In this document: one piece after another, positions 1 through 9,630 of the stretch | How positions within the stretch are numbered: position 1 is the first letter of the stretch | Layout: each line of letters begins with the position of its first letter | From: Vicinamibacterales bacterium | GTDB lineage: Bacteria > Acidobacteriota > Vicinamibacteria > Vicinamibacterales > CAVVIG01 | Reading direction: 5' to 3' | Length of the DNA: 59,568 nucleotides | Assembly (NCBI GenBank): GCA_035510155.1 | Contig: DATKHR010000076.1 | Location: 1 to 59,568, forward strand | Position numbers and translations under genes: made by a program | The notes under the pieces: model-generated | Databases searched by the model: none | What the model saw: the letters and a program-made list of their open reading frames with translations, nothing else | What the model was told of the DNA's origin: nothing

Positions 1-1134
1 CTCCTGGCGTCGAAGGCGCTCGAGGGGCGGGTCGGCGTCGTGTGCAACCCGGCATCGGTCGACGGGGAACTGCGCCACATCGCCGACCGGATTTCCGCCC
101 ATAAGGGCGCGTCACTCGCGGCCATCTTCGGCCCGCAGCACGGCTTCAGGTCGGACGTTCAGGAAAACATGATCGAAACCGGACATGGCCGCGACGACAT
201 GCGCCATGTGCCGGTGTACTCGCTGTACAGCGAGACTCGTGAGCCGACGGGGGCGATGCTGCGAGGGCTCGATCTGCTGATCATCGACCTCCAGGACGTT
301 GGCACGCGCATCTACACCTACATCTACACGATGGCGTACTGCCTGACGGCGGCGCGGAAACACGGGGTCAAAGTCTTCGTGTGCGATCGGCCGAACCCGA
401 TCGGCGGTGTGGCGGTCGAAGGACCGATGCTCGAGCGCGGTTATGAATCGTTTGTCGGCCTCTATCCGATCCCGATGCGTCACGGCATGACGATTGGCGA
501 GTTGGCGCGGCTTTTCAACGACGAGTTCGGCATCGGCGCCGACCTCGAGGTGTTTCCGATGCAGGGGTGGCGCCGCGAGATGTACTTCGATGAGACAGGC
601 GTACCGTGGGTCTTCCCGTCGCCCAACCTTCCCACCCTCGACAGCACCATTGTCTATCCCGGAACGGTGCTCTTCGAAGGCACGAATGTCTCGGAGGGAC
701 GCGGAACGACGAGACCGTTCGAGCTCATCGGGGCTCCGTGGGTCGTTGGGGAGCATTTCGCGGCCGCTCTGAACCGCCACGAACTTCCGGGCGTCCACTT
801 TCGCCCGGTGGTCTTCGAGCCGACCTTCCACAAGTACGCGAACACGTCCTGCGGGGGCTGCCAGATCCACGTCCTGGATCGCGCATCGTTCCGGCCGGTC
901 GAGACCGGCGTCGCCCTCCTCGAGGCGTTTCGCGCCTGCGGACGTGACGCGTTCGCGTGGCGCGATCCGCCCTATGAGTACGAGCGGCACAAGTTACCGA
1001 TCGACATCCTTGCGGGGTCGTCGAGACTCAGGGAGCAGGTCGAGGCAGGCGTGCCGGTGAGGGAGATTGCACGGTCGTGGACGACGGGGGTCGATGAGTT
1101 CGTGAAACGCCGGCGCCGGTTTCTCCTGTACTGA
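1..1134 (+). CDS. DUF1343 / NamZ-like exo-beta-N-acetylmuramidase family protein, 5'-truncated at the window edge
   Basis: Frame 1 is open from base 1 (LLASKALEGRVGVVCNPASV...), so the GTG at 40 in the track is internal. Blocks such as DLQDVGTRIYTYIYTM and FEGTNVSEGRGTTRPFE fit my recollection of DUF1343. Stop at 1132-1134. Confidence 0.8.
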   Translation, partial: LLASKALEGRVGVVCNPASVDGELRHIADRISAHKGASLAAIFGPQHGFRSDVQENMIETGHGRDDMRHVPVYSLYSETREPTGAMLRGLDLLIIDLQDVGTRIYTYIYTMAYCLTAARKHGVKVFVCDRPNPIGGVAVEGPMLERGYESFVGLYPIPMRHGMTIGELARLFNDEFGIGADLEVFPMQGWRREMYFDETGVPWVFPSPNLPTLDSTIVYPGTVLFEGTNVSEGRGTTRPFELIGAPWVVGEHFAAALNRHELPGVHFRPVVFEPTFHKYANTSCGGCQIHVLDRASFRPVETGVALLEAFRACGRDAFAWRDPPYEYERHKLPIDILAGSSRLREQVEAGVPVREIARSWTTGVDEFVKRRRRFLLY

Positions 1135-1150
1135 CCCGAAGCCGGCTGCA

Positions 1151-2023
1151 CTAGCCGCGGGTCTTTGCGATAGACGGCGCGGCGGCGACTTCAGCTTGCT
1201 GGGCCGCTTCTGGCTCGAGGTGTTGCGTGATGAGGTGATCGCGCAGCTGCTCGAACGCGTCGCCCGGCGTCTCGGCATAATGCAGCAGATCGAGGTCCTG
1301 TTCCGCGATCGCGCCCCATTCGGACATCGGCTCGAGTCGCAGCACTTGATCCCAGTACTCCCGGCCGTAGAGAATCACGCCAATCTTCTTGGAGAGCTTG
1401 TCGGTCTGGACAAGCGTCAGAATCTCGAACAGCTCGTCGCACGTCCCGAAGCCGCCCGGGAAAATGACCAACGCCTTCGAGAGGTAGGCGAACCAGAACT
1501 TCCGCATGAAGAAATAGTGGAATTCGAAATGCAGCCCCTCCGTGATGTACGGATTGGCACCCTGCTCGAACGGCAGGCGGATGTTCAAGCCGATGGTTTT
1601 GCCGCCGGCCTCGCGCGCCCCACGGTTGGCGGCCTCCATGATGCCGGGGCCGCCGCCCGAGGTCACGACAAACCGGTGGTAATCCGACTGCAGTGACGTG
1701 CTCCACTGGGTCAGCAGGCGAGCGAGCTCGCGTGCCTCCTCGTAATAGCGCGCCCACTCGAGCGCCTTCCGGGTCTTCGTCAGCTCTCGCTCGTACTGCT
1801 CGTCCGCGTCGCTGACGCCGCGCGCCTTCAACGTCCGCATGGCGCGCTCCGCCCGTTCCCGGCTGTCGACGCGGGCCGAGCCGAAGAAGACCACGGTGTC
1901 CTGAATCTTCTCCTGTCTGAAACGTCGCAGGGGCTCGAGATACTCGGACAGGATGCGAATGGGCCGCGCTTCCTCGCTCTCGAGGAAGTCGGGATCCAGA
2001 TACGCGAGCGGTTGCTGCGACAT
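1151..2023 (-). CDS. LOG / TIGR00730-family Rossmann-fold protein (PpnN-like nucleotide 5'-monophosphate nucleosidase family)
   Basis: 290 aa with the LOG hallmarks GGGPGIMEAANRGA and PGGFGTCDELFE. Third codon positions are G/C-rich. Confidence 0.85.
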   Translation of the reverse strand: MSQQPLAYLDPDFLESEEARPIRILSEYLEPLRRFRQEKIQDTVVFFGSARVDSRERAERAMRTLKARGVSDADEQYERELTKTRKALEWARYYEEARELARLLTQWSTSLQSDYHRFVVTSGGGPGIMEAANRGAREAGGKTIGLNIRLPFEQGANPYITEGLHFEFHYFFMRKFWFAYLSKALVIFPGGFGTCDELFEILTLVQTDKLSKKIGVILYGREYWDQVLRLEPMSEWGAIAEQDLDLLHYAETPGDAFEQLRDHLITQHLEPEAAQQAEVAAAPSIAKTRG

Positions 2024-2085
2024 GCGATCAATTTACCATCACGGACGACGGGCCCATCGGATGCTATGATTCGCCGCCGTCACCG

Positions 2086-2547
2086 ATGGCCAAGTCTCCG
2101 GAAATCGACGTCTCGGCGTTCATCGCCGCTCCCCCGGGGCTGGTGGTCAAGGCGTTCTTCGATGCGCACGCGCTGCAAGCGTGGTGGCAGGTGCGGCACG
2201 CCGTCACGACGCCTCGCGTTCTGGGGCCGTATGCGATCGAGTGGCCGGCCACAGAGTTCCGTGACGACCTCCTCGGGCGGTTGGGCGGAGTATTCCGGGG
2301 AACCGTCATGCAGGTACATGCATCCCAGGGATTTTTTGTGGCGGATGCGTATTGGCTGCCGCCCGACGGCGAGCCGATTGGGCCGATGGCGCTCCATGTC
2401 ACGGTCACGCCGGAGGCAAACGGCAGCCTCGTACGCGTGACGCAGAGCGGGTTCGAGGAAGGCGAGCGGTGGCGGCGCTATTACGAGGTGGTCGCGCACG
2501 GCTGGGAACGCGCGCTCGCGTCGTTAAAAGCCCTGCTCGAACGCTGA
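2086..2547 (+). CDS. SRPBCC (AHSA1/START-like) domain protein
   Basis: 153 aa. Size and sequence pattern resemble Aha1-domain SRPBCC proteins. The family call is from recollection only. Confidence 0.7.
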   Translation: MAKSPEIDVSAFIAAPPGLVVKAFFDAHALQAWWQVRHAVTTPRVLGPYAIEWPATEFRDDLLGRLGGVFRGTVMQVHASQGFFVADAYWLPPDGEPIGPMALHVTVTPEANGSLVRVTQSGFEEGERWRRYYEVVAHGWERALASLKALLER

Positions 2548-2582
2548 ACAACGAAGGGCGCGACGATGGACGGTGAAGCCGG

Positions 2583-3020
2583 TTATTTGGGCTTTTGAGT
2601 CGGGTTGCCTTGAGTGTCCAGGAACGTGATGTTCGTGAAACCAGCAAGCTGGTCCTTCACTTTCGCATAGTCGCCCACGATGACAATCACCGAATCCCGG
2701 GAGCCCAGCAGCACGCCTGCGGCGTTTTTGACCTGTTCGGCGGTGATCGCGGCAGGTACTGCTTGGCACCCTGGAGCTCGGAGCCGCCGCTGCCATCGGC
2801 CCGCATCTTGTCGATTTCCTTGAAGACTTCCGTCAGCGTCGCGCCCGTCACCTCGTTCCGCACGTCGGCGTTGAAGCGATAGAACCCGGCGTCCTGAAAT
2901 CCTGTCAGCGCCGAGCCCGGCGAATAAAAGTCGATGACGACGAGCCGGGCTGGACGACAAGCGTGCCGTCTGCGAACAGGGCGAGGCAGAGGAAGAGAGC
3001 AAGGGATCGCATAAGGCCAT
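2583..3020 (-). pseudogene. Decayed remnant of a secreted M16 (pitrilysin-like) peptidase C-terminal domain
   Basis: Three pieces lie in three different frames. The first is a signal-peptide-like MRSLALFLCLALFADGTLVV (ATG at 3012). The second is VVIDFYSPGSALTGFQDAGFYRFNADVRNEVTGATLTEVFKEIDKMRADGSGGSELQGAKQYL. The third is AAITAEQVKNAAGVLLGSRDSVIVIVGDYAKVKDQLAGF...KPK, ending at the stop at 2583. The pieces resemble the last ~130 aa of M16 peptidases, and the peptidase body is missing. Confidence 0.55.
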
Positions 3021-3021
3021 G

Positions 3022-4140
3022 CTATCTGGTTGTCTGGGTATCGGGTGATGTCGTCATTTTGCCGTACGGACGGATCCCCCTCTTGACGAATGCGGTCAGC
3101 AGCCGGCGGCGGAGCTCGTTCGCGACGCGACCCTGATTGAGCGGCATCGTCTTGAACTTCATCCGCAGCGTGGCGGCGCCGTCAGCCAGGGAATCGATCC
3201 CGATCACCTCCAGCGGAGCCAGGATGACCGGCGACCATGACGGATCCTGCTGCATAGACGCACCGACTTCCCGCGCGGTTCCGAAGACCCGATCCATGAC
3301 CTCTTCATACGCGACGCGGACGTCGACGGTCGCGTAAGCGAACTGCTTGCTGAGGTTGGCGAGGGACGTGATGGTGCCGTTGGGGAACACCTGCACAGCG
3401 CCGTCGCCGTCCCTCAGGACGATCGTTCGCAGCTTGATCTGCTCCACGACGCCGCCCACGCCGTTGATGCGCGCGACGTCGCCGATCCGCACCTGGTCCT
3501 CGAGAATCAGGAAGAACCCGGAGATGACGTCGCGGACCAGGTTCTGCGCTCCGAAGCCGATCGCGAGGCCTGCGATCCCGGCGCCGGTCAAGATCGGCAT
3601 CACGTCGATCGCGAGCTCCCGGAGCAGCATCAAGGAGGCAATGAAGCCAACCGTCACGTTCACGAGGCTCGTCAAGATTCCGCTCAGAGTCGTCGCACGC
3701 CGCTGCCACTCGAGATCACTCGCGGCATGGCGCCGCGCGAGATTGAACTGCAGATGGTCGATCGCGAGGTTGGCCACGCGAATGACGACAAACGCGCCGA
3801 TGAAGATGACGAGCATGTTGACGCCGTGCGTGAGCGCCCAGTGGAGCAGCTCCTGCGGCTTCCACCGCGGCTCCGACACGCCGAAACGCTCGAGCGCGAG
3901 AGAAATGCTCGCCAGCGCCGCGACGCTGTAGACGAGAAGCGTCAGCGCGCGTACCAGCTGCTTTGCGCGCGCTTGCACGGCCTCGCGGCTCTCGGCCTCG
4001 ATGATTTCGAGGGCGCCCACCACGCGTTGAATGATCACCTGGGCGATTCGGACAAGGAGAGCGGCAACGGCGAACGCGAGCAGCACGGTGCCGGCGACGA
4101 CGTAGTTGATCGAGATGGCGAGGTAGTCGATCGACATCAC
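3022..4140 (-). CDS. MscS-family mechanosensitive ion channel
   Basis: 372 aa. N-terminal TM helices are followed by the MscS beta-domain signature (DVISGFFLILEDQVRIGDVARINGVGGVVEQIKLRTIVLRDGDGAVQVFPNG). Confidence 0.85.
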   Translation of the reverse strand: MMSIDYLAISINYVVAGTVLLAFAVAALLVRIAQVIIQRVVGALEIIEAESREAVQARAKQLVRALTLLVYSVAALASISLALERFGVSEPRWKPQELLHWALTHGVNMLVIFIGAFVVIRVANLAIDHLQFNLARRHAASDLEWQRRATTLSGILTSLVNVTVGFIASLMLLRELAIDVMPILTGAGIAGLAIGFGAQNLVRDVISGFFLILEDQVRIGDVARINGVGGVVEQIKLRTIVLRDGDGAVQVFPNGTITSLANLSKQFAYATVDVRVAYEEVMDRVFGTAREVGASMQQDPSWSPVILAPLEVIGIDSLADGAATLRMKFKTMPLNQGRVANELRRRLLTAFVKRGIRPYGKMTTSPDTQTTR

Positions 4141-5555
4141 GCGCGGCGAATCTTGAGATAGTTGGCGTCGCTCTGCCGCAGATCGGCGTTGATGCTGACG
4201 ACAACCGCTGCACTTCCTGGCGCCACGAAGCCGTGGCCGACGATCGCGGCGGCGATCCGCGGGCTAGCCTCATCGAGGTTGCCGCCAATCTCCATCACGA
4301 ACGGCACGACGCCCCAGTGGAGCGCCAACCGCCGCGCGGTCAGCTGGCGTTCGGTCACGGCGATGATGGGGGCCCTGGGGCGCAGCGCCGACAGGCGTCG
4401 AGCGGTGGCGCCGCCGCGCGTCACGGCGACAATCGCCTGCGCGTTGGCGCGAGTCGCCAGCATCACGGCCGCTTCGCAGAGCGCCTGGGTATGATCGTCA
4501 CTCACAGCCGGGTTCGTCAGGTTCGTGCACATGTTGAACTCCGGGCTGGCTTCGGCCTCGCGAATGATCGCGTCGAGGATCTTGACCGCCCCCGCCGGAT
4601 GGGCTCCGGCCGCGGTTTCGCCGGCCAGCATGATCGCGTCAACGCCGTCGTCGACCGCATTGGCGGCGTCGTTGACTTCGGCCCGGGTCGGGCGCGCTTC
4701 GGTCGTCATCGACTCGAGCACCTGGGTCGCGACGATGACGGGAATGCCGGCACGTAGGGCGCGACGCGTGATTTCCTTTTGAGCGGGCGGCACGCGCTCG
4801 AGCGGCATCTCCAGGCCAAGGTCGCCGCGGGCGACCATCACCGCGTCGCTGACGTTCAGAATGTCGGTGAGCCGATCAACGGCTTGCGGCCGCTCGAGCT
4901 TGGCCACGAGCGGCGTGTCGGCCTTTCCCGCATCGGCGAGGAGTTGGCGGGCCTGACGAAGGTCTGCGGCACTCTGCACGAAACTGAGCGCGACCATATC
5001 GACGCCAAGCGACAGCCCGAACGCGAGGTCGTCGGCGTCCTTGGGCGTGATCGCCGACGCGGCCAGCTCGACGCCAGGCGCGTTGATGCCCTTATGCTCG
5101 CCGATCTCGCCGCCGTCAACGACGGTGGTGACGATCTCGGTGCCGTCGGTCGATTCGACGCGCAGCTCGATCAGGCCGTCGGCCAACAGCAATCGGCTCC
5201 CTGGGGTGACGCTCTTCGCAAGCCCTTCGAACGTCGTCGACACGCGATCGGGTCCACCGACGAAGGTGCCGGTGGCAATCGTGAGACGTTGCCCTGGGCT
5301 CACGTGAATTGGCACGTGGTTCGCCAGCTGGCCGGTGCGGATCTTGGGTCCGCTCAGGTCCTGGAGGATGGCAACCTCGCGCCGCGCCCGCGATGCCGCC
5401 TCGCGGATGCGCTCAAACGCGAGTGCCTGCGACTGATGCGTGCCATGCGAGAAGTTGAGACGGAAGATGTCGGTCCCGGCAGCGATGAGGGCATCGAGCC
5501 CATCCTCGGATTGGCACGCGGGTCCGACAGTTGCGATGATCTTCGTGTGGCGCAT
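4137..5555 (-). CDS. pyk: Pyruvate kinase
   Basis: MRHTKIIATVGPAC...FRLNFSHG... is a typical PK N-terminus. ATG at 5555 is codon 233 of the 704-aa track ORF; the upstream 232 codons are Arg/His-rich shadow sequence antisense to the methyltransferase gene. The stop overlaps the MscS start. Confidence 0.9.
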   Translation of the reverse strand: MRHTKIIATVGPACQSEDGLDALIAAGTDIFRLNFSHGTHQSQALAFERIREAASRARREVAILQDLSGPKIRTGQLANHVPIHVSPGQRLTIATGTFVGGPDRVSTTFEGLAKSVTPGSRLLLADGLIELRVESTDGTEIVTTVVDGGEIGEHKGINAPGVELAASAITPKDADDLAFGLSLGVDMVALSFVQSAADLRQARQLLADAGKADTPLVAKLERPQAVDRLTDILNVSDAVMVARGDLGLEMPLERVPPAQKEITRRALRAGIPVIVATQVLESMTTEARPTRAEVNDAANAVDDGVDAIMLAGETAAGAHPAGAVKILDAIIREAEASPEFNMCTNLTNPAVSDDHTQALCEAAVMLATRANAQAIVAVTRGGATARRLSALRPRAPIIAVTERQLTARRLALHWGVVPFVMEIGGNLDEASPRIAAAIVGHGFVAPGSAAVVVSINADLRQSDANYLKIRRA

Positions 5556-5576
5556 AGCGATGATTAGAATACTGCG

Positions 5577-6224
5577 ATGGGTGCAATCGTGCCGGACGCG
5601 GTCGAACGGTACCTGGCGGGACTGAACCGCGGGGGCGATCCGTTGCTGGCTGAGATTGCACAGGCCGGCGTCGAACGCGATCTTCCGCTCGTGGACGCAG
5701 AGGTCGGCGCCCTGCTTCGCGTGCTCGCGACGGCGATCGGCGCGCGGAAGATTCTCGAGATTGGGACAGCGGTCGGCTACTCGGGCATCTGGCTCGCCGG
5801 GGCCTTGCCGGCCGACGGCATGTTGATGACGATGGAGATGGACGCGGGGCGCGCGAAAGAAGCGCAAGGCAACTTCGATCGCGCCGGTTTGACGAATCGC
5901 GTCAGCGTGATGCTCGGCGATGCGCAGCGCCTGATCGCCAAGGTTGCCGGGCCGTTCGACCTGATCTTTCAAGATGGCGACAAGAAGATGTACACGCCCC
6001 TGCTCGACCGGCTCGTGTCGCTTCTGCGTCCGGGCGGACTGCTCGTCACCGACAACGTGCTCTGGGACGGGAAGGTTGTGCCCGGATTCATCACGAGCGC
6101 GGCGGATGACAAGGACACGCGCGCGATCGCGGAGTACAACGAGCGCGTCGCGACGCATCCGGCACTCCTGACAACCGTGATACCGCTGCGCGACGGCGTG
6201 TCCATTTCTGTGAAAACACGATGA
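5577..6224 (+). CDS. Class I SAM-dependent O-methyltransferase (family 3, caffeoyl-CoA OMT/YrrM-like)
   Basis: 215 aa with SAM motif I ILEIGTAVGYSG and the DLIFQDGDK / GGLLVTDNVLW blocks. Confidence 0.85.
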   Translation: MGAIVPDAVERYLAGLNRGGDPLLAEIAQAGVERDLPLVDAEVGALLRVLATAIGARKILEIGTAVGYSGIWLAGALPADGMLMTMEMDAGRAKEAQGNFDRAGLTNRVSVMLGDAQRLIAKVAGPFDLIFQDGDKKMYTPLLDRLVSLLRPGGLLVTDNVLWDGKVVPGFITSAADDKDTRAIAEYNERVATHPALLTTVIPLRDGVSISVKTR

Positions 6225-6406
6225 CGGTGGACGCGTGGCTCCAGGCCACAACCGCCGACGCGGAGCGCCGGGGTCTCCCGGAGCTCAAACCTCTTCTCGA
6301 AGCGCTGGCGCGAGCGACGAGCGCGCTGCGGGCCGCTGATTTCAGCCTTCGACCGTCCGCGCTCGGCGATCAGCTCCCGCAGGATCCCGGTCATGATTTC
6401 GATTGA
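6221..6406 (+). CDS. Small (61 aa) helical protein translationally coupled to the amidase; possibly a GatC/AtzG-like partner
   Basis: ATG 6221 overlaps the methyltransferase stop (ATGA). Its TGA (6404-6406) overlaps the amidase ATG at 6393. Third positions are G/C-rich. Function is a hypothesis only. Confidence 0.45.
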   Translation: MTVDAWLQATTADAERRGLPELKPLLEALARATSALRAADFSLRPSALGDQLPQDPGHDFD

Positions 6407-7727
6407 GGAATTCGGCCGGCGTCTTCGGACCCGAGAGACGACCGTCGAGAAAGCGACGGAAGAGAGCCTGCACCGGATCGAAAACATTGCCGCGCTGAAC
6501 GCGTTCATCCTCGTGATGGCCGACGAGGCGCGGCGGCAGGCCCGCGAGCTCGACAAGGAGCTGGCTGCGGGTCGCGACCGGGGCGCGTTGCATGGCGTCC
6601 CGATCACGGTCAAAGACATCCTGGACATCCGGGGCACCGCCACGACCGCAGCGTCCCGCGTTCGGGACGGCCGCCCCGCCCGGCGCGACTGCCCGGCGAT
6701 CGCGCACCTTCGACAGGCGGGCGCCGTGTTCCTCGGCAAGACCAACCTGCACGAGTTTGCGTTCGGCACGACGAACGAGGACTCGGCGTTCGGGCCGGCG
6801 CGCCATCCGCTCGATGCCACGCGGTCGCCCGGCGGATCGAGTGGCGGTTCGGCAGCGAGCCTGGCCGCAGGCGTCGGGCTGGCGACGATCGGGACCGACA
6901 CGGGCGGATCGATTCGCATCCCGGCCGCTGCGTGCGGCCTCGTCGGCTTGAAGCCGGCCCTCGGCGACGTGTCGTTGGAGGGCGTTGTGCCGTTGTCGCG
7001 AACGATGGACCACGTGGGCCCGCTGGCGCTCAACGTGGCGGACGCGTCGCGGGTCTATCACGCGCTCCTCGGCGATCCGGCGGCGACGCTGCCCGCGCCG
7101 ATGCCCCTGACAGGTCTGCGACTCGCGGTTCCGCGTCCGTACTTCTGCGACCTTCTGGATGACGGGGTGCGCGCCACGTTCGAGGGCGCTCTCGATCGCC
7201 TGCGCGCGGACGGCGCACACGTCGATGACATCGAGATTCATCATGCGCCGGACATCGGAGCGGTGTACCTGCACATCGTGCTCAGCGAAGCGGCGGCGTA
7301 TCACGCGACCTCGCTCGAGGCGGTGCCAGAGCGGTACACGCTTCCTGTGCGACTGCGGCTCGAGATGGGACGCTATGTGCTCGCAGAGGATTACGTGCGG
7401 GCGATGGCCGGCCGAGCCGTGCTGACGCGGGAAGTGGACGCGGCGCTCGCGCAGCATGACGCGCTCATCCTGCCGTCGCTGGCGATTCCGGCGCCGCCAC
7501 TCGGCACCCCGTCAGTCGAGGTCGCGGGGAGGAAAGAGCCTGTCCGCAACATCATGCTGCGTCTGACACAGTTGTTCAATCTCACGGGGCATCCGGCGAT
7601 CTCGATTCCGTCGGGGAAGACGCGGGCCGGGTTGCCCTGCGGGGTGCAGCTTGTGGGCGAACGGCACGAAACGGATGCGTTGCTGAGAGTGGCACTGGCG
7701 TGCGAGGGGGCGATCACGGGGGCGTGA
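6393..7727 (+). CDS. Amidase-signature family amidohydrolase
   Basis: 444 aa. It carries the AS-family core GGSSGGSAASLAAG...TDTGGSIRIPAA and the catalytic Lys region HGVPITVKD. Confidence 0.85.
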   Translation: MISIEEFGRRLRTRETTVEKATEESLHRIENIAALNAFILVMADEARRQARELDKELAAGRDRGALHGVPITVKDILDIRGTATTAASRVRDGRPARRDCPAIAHLRQAGAVFLGKTNLHEFAFGTTNEDSAFGPARHPLDATRSPGGSSGGSAASLAAGVGLATIGTDTGGSIRIPAAACGLVGLKPALGDVSLEGVVPLSRTMDHVGPLALNVADASRVYHALLGDPAATLPAPMPLTGLRLAVPRPYFCDLLDDGVRATFEGALDRLRADGAHVDDIEIHHAPDIGAVYLHIVLSEAAAYHATSLEAVPERYTLPVRLRLEMGRYVLAEDYVRAMAGRAVLTREVDAALAQHDALILPSLAIPAPPLGTPSVEVAGRKEPVRNIMLRLTQLFNLTGHPAISIPSGKTRAGLPCGVQLVGERHETDALLRVALACEGAITGA

Positions 7728-7743
7728 CTCGGCGCGCGCGACT

Positions 7744-9630
7744 TCATACGTCGAGGCCGACGGCGCGCATGAGCGCGAGCGCGTTGCTGTGCTCGACGAT
7801 GCCGGGGCGCATGCGGTAGTCGAACGTCATGGTGTCTCCCTCAAGGCGATCCTCGAAATGCATGTTGACCGCGACGGGCCCGAGTGTGAGCGGGAGCTCG
7901 GTCAGCGCCAGGTCGTGGGTGGTGACGAGACCGATGGCGCCGAGCCTCGCGAGAGCGCGCACGATGGCTTCGGCGCCGATGCGGCGGTCGTAAGAGTTCG
8001 TCCCGTGCAGGATCTCGTCGAGGAGAAAGAGCGTCGACACTCCCGACGCGTCGCGCGCGCGATTCACGATATCGCGAATGCGCAGGATCTCTGCATAGAA
8101 GCGTGAATGGCCGGCCTGCAGGGAATCTTCGATCCTGAGCGTCGCGCCGAGCTGGAGCGGTGAGAGATGAAGGCGCGTTGCGCGGACGGGCGCGCCGGCG
8201 AGCGCAAGGACGATATTGACGCCGACCGAGCGCAGCAACGTGCTCTTGCCTGACATGTTCGAGCCGCTGAGGACGATCACGCGAGGCGAGACGCCGCCGA
8301 GAGCGACGTCGTTCGGCACCGACGTCTCCTCTCGCATCAGCGGATGCGCGAGGCCGGTGGCGTCGAAGACCGGACCGATCTCCGCAAAGGTTGGGAACGG
8401 ATCTCGTGGATGCTCGTACGCGTACGTTCCGATTGCCGAGAGCGCCTCGAGTTCTCCGATGGCCCGGAGCCAGTCGACCACGCGAGGGCCGTACGCGGCG
8501 TGCCATCGATCGATGGCGATGGCCAGCTGCTGGGGCAAGAGCAGCGCAAACGCAATGGGCGCGAACATCTGATTGCGTGTTGAATCGAGCCACGACACGA
8601 GCCGTCTGAGCTGGGCGATTCGGCGCGAAGGCGGCACGCCGTCGGTCACCAGCGCGGCTTTGATCCCTTCCAGGGGCAAGGCCGCCATCGGCTCGATTTC
8701 GATTCGCGACAGCAGATCGCTCAGGAGCGCGAGATCGCGATCTGGTGTCGCCACTCTGCCGAGAACCAGTTGGATCCGGCGCCACAAGGTGAAGGCGACG
8801 AGCGATTCAAGGAAGACCCAGATGAGGAGCCACCGGCTGGATATCCGTTCAGCGAACACCAGAGCTGTGAAGACGACCATGGTGACGCCGCAGATCGTCA
8901 CGACGGCTGACACGAGACGCGTCAGACCTGCGGGTGGCGCGATGGCCCAGGCGGCGAGCGTGCCGGTGCGGCTGACTTCGGCTTCGCCGGACAGAACCGC
9001 CAAGTCCTCGCGAAACTCGATCTTGTCTCGCAGCTCCGCGACGGCTGCCTGACGATCGATGACTTGCTGGATTGGCGCAAGCGTCATGCCGGAGCGCAGC
9101 CAATCTGCGAGGGTCTCCTCCCCGGCTTCAGTGGCGACGGTATTCATGAGCTCGAACAGGGATCCGCGACCGAAGAGATCCAGGTCACGCGCATAGGGAT
9201 GGGCATCCAGGAACCGAGCGCCGTCGCGGCCGCGGGCCGGGGCGATGGGGAACGCGGCGCCGATCGCCTTGGCCTGGACGCGCGCCGGTGGCCTCGGCTG
9301 ACCGGTTAACCGCTCGATGCCGCGCAGGTACCACTGCTCGGCTCGCAGCGCTCGCTCACGGCGCTGAAGGACGCGCGCATGCCAGACAATCAAGCCCACG
9401 AACACCGCGCCCAGCGCGAGACTCCACGCGGGCGAGATGGCATTGCGCACGAGGGCCAACCAGAGGGTCACGGCGCCGCCGGCAGCCACGATGAGACGGC
9501 TGTTGGAGATGAACAGGTGGGAGCGATCGAGGGCCACAAGTCGATCGCGCCACATCTGCAGCCGCTTGGCATAAATCGCTTGGGGGGTGACTTCCCCGGC
9601 TCCTCGGCGTTCCTCGCGAGGGTGGCTCAC
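7744..9630 (-). CDS. Membrane-anchored MutS-related ATPase (MutS domain V only)
   Basis: The C-terminus has Walker A GSNMSGKSTLLRSVG, LFLLDEILHGTNSYDR and TTHD. About four hydrophobic helices lie in the N-terminal half. Start set at GTG 9630, which overlaps the upstream TGA (GTGA). The track start at 9783 would run about 150 nt into the upstream gene. Confidence 0.8.
   Translation of the reverse strand: MSHPREERRGAGEVTPQAIYAKRLQMWRDRLVALDRSHLFISNSRLIVAAGGAVTLWLALVRNAISPAWSLALGAVFVGLIVWHARVLQRRERALRAEQWYLRGIERLTGQPRPPARVQAKAIGAAFPIAPARGRDGARFLDAHPYARDLDLFGRGSLFELMNTVATEAGEETLADWLRSGMTLAPIQQVIDRQAAVAELRDKIEFREDLAVLSGEAEVSRTGTLAAWAIAPPAGLTRLVSAVVTICGVTMVVFTALVFAERISSRWLLIWVFLESLVAFTLWRRIQLVLGRVATPDRDLALLSDLLSRIEIEPMAALPLEGIKAALVTDGVPPSRRIAQLRRLVSWLDSTRNQMFAPIAFALLLPQQLAIAIDRWHAAYGPRVVDWLRAIGELEALSAIGTYAYEHPRDPFPTFAEIGPVFDATGLAHPLMREETSVPNDVALGGVSPRVIVLSGSNMSGKSTLLRSVGVNIVLALAGAPVRATRLHLSPLQLGATLRIEDSLQAGHSRFYAEILRIRDIVNRARDASGVSTLFLLDEILHGTNSYDRRIGAEAIVRALARLGAIGLVTTHDLALTELPLTLGPVAVNMHFEDRLEGDTMTFDYRMRPGIVEHSNALALMRAVGLDV

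Noticed and set aside
112-990. 292-aa minus-strand ORF antisense to the NamZ-like gene. Similar long antisense ORFs include 5969..7033, 6342..7457, 34498..35730, 36103..37113, 37430..38821 and 48288..49286.
   Set aside because: These ORFs have Arg/Pro/Ala/His-rich, low-information translations. They lie fully inside well-supported genes on the opposite strand. They are typical high-GC shadow ORFs with no recognisable motifs.
1151-2023. Two LOG/TIGR00730 paralogues (this one and 48513..49229) as something unusual.
   Set aside because: Multiple LOG-family paralogues per genome are common. Nothing in the sequence marks them as special.
5556-6251. N-terminal 232 codons of the 704-aa track ORF upstream of pyruvate kinase. 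Analogous extensions occur at 9631..9783, 10647..11048, 15539..15640, 20957..21364 and 38271..38525.
   Set aside because: The conserved protein begins at an internal ATG or GTG, often overlapping the upstream stop codon. The extensions overlap neighbouring real genes and translate to junk-like sequence.
6391-6411. GATTTCG-ATTGAGG-AATTCGG at the amidase start as another heptamer array.
   Set aside because: There are only three loose units, inside well-supported coding sequence (MISIEEFG). This is most likely coincidence.
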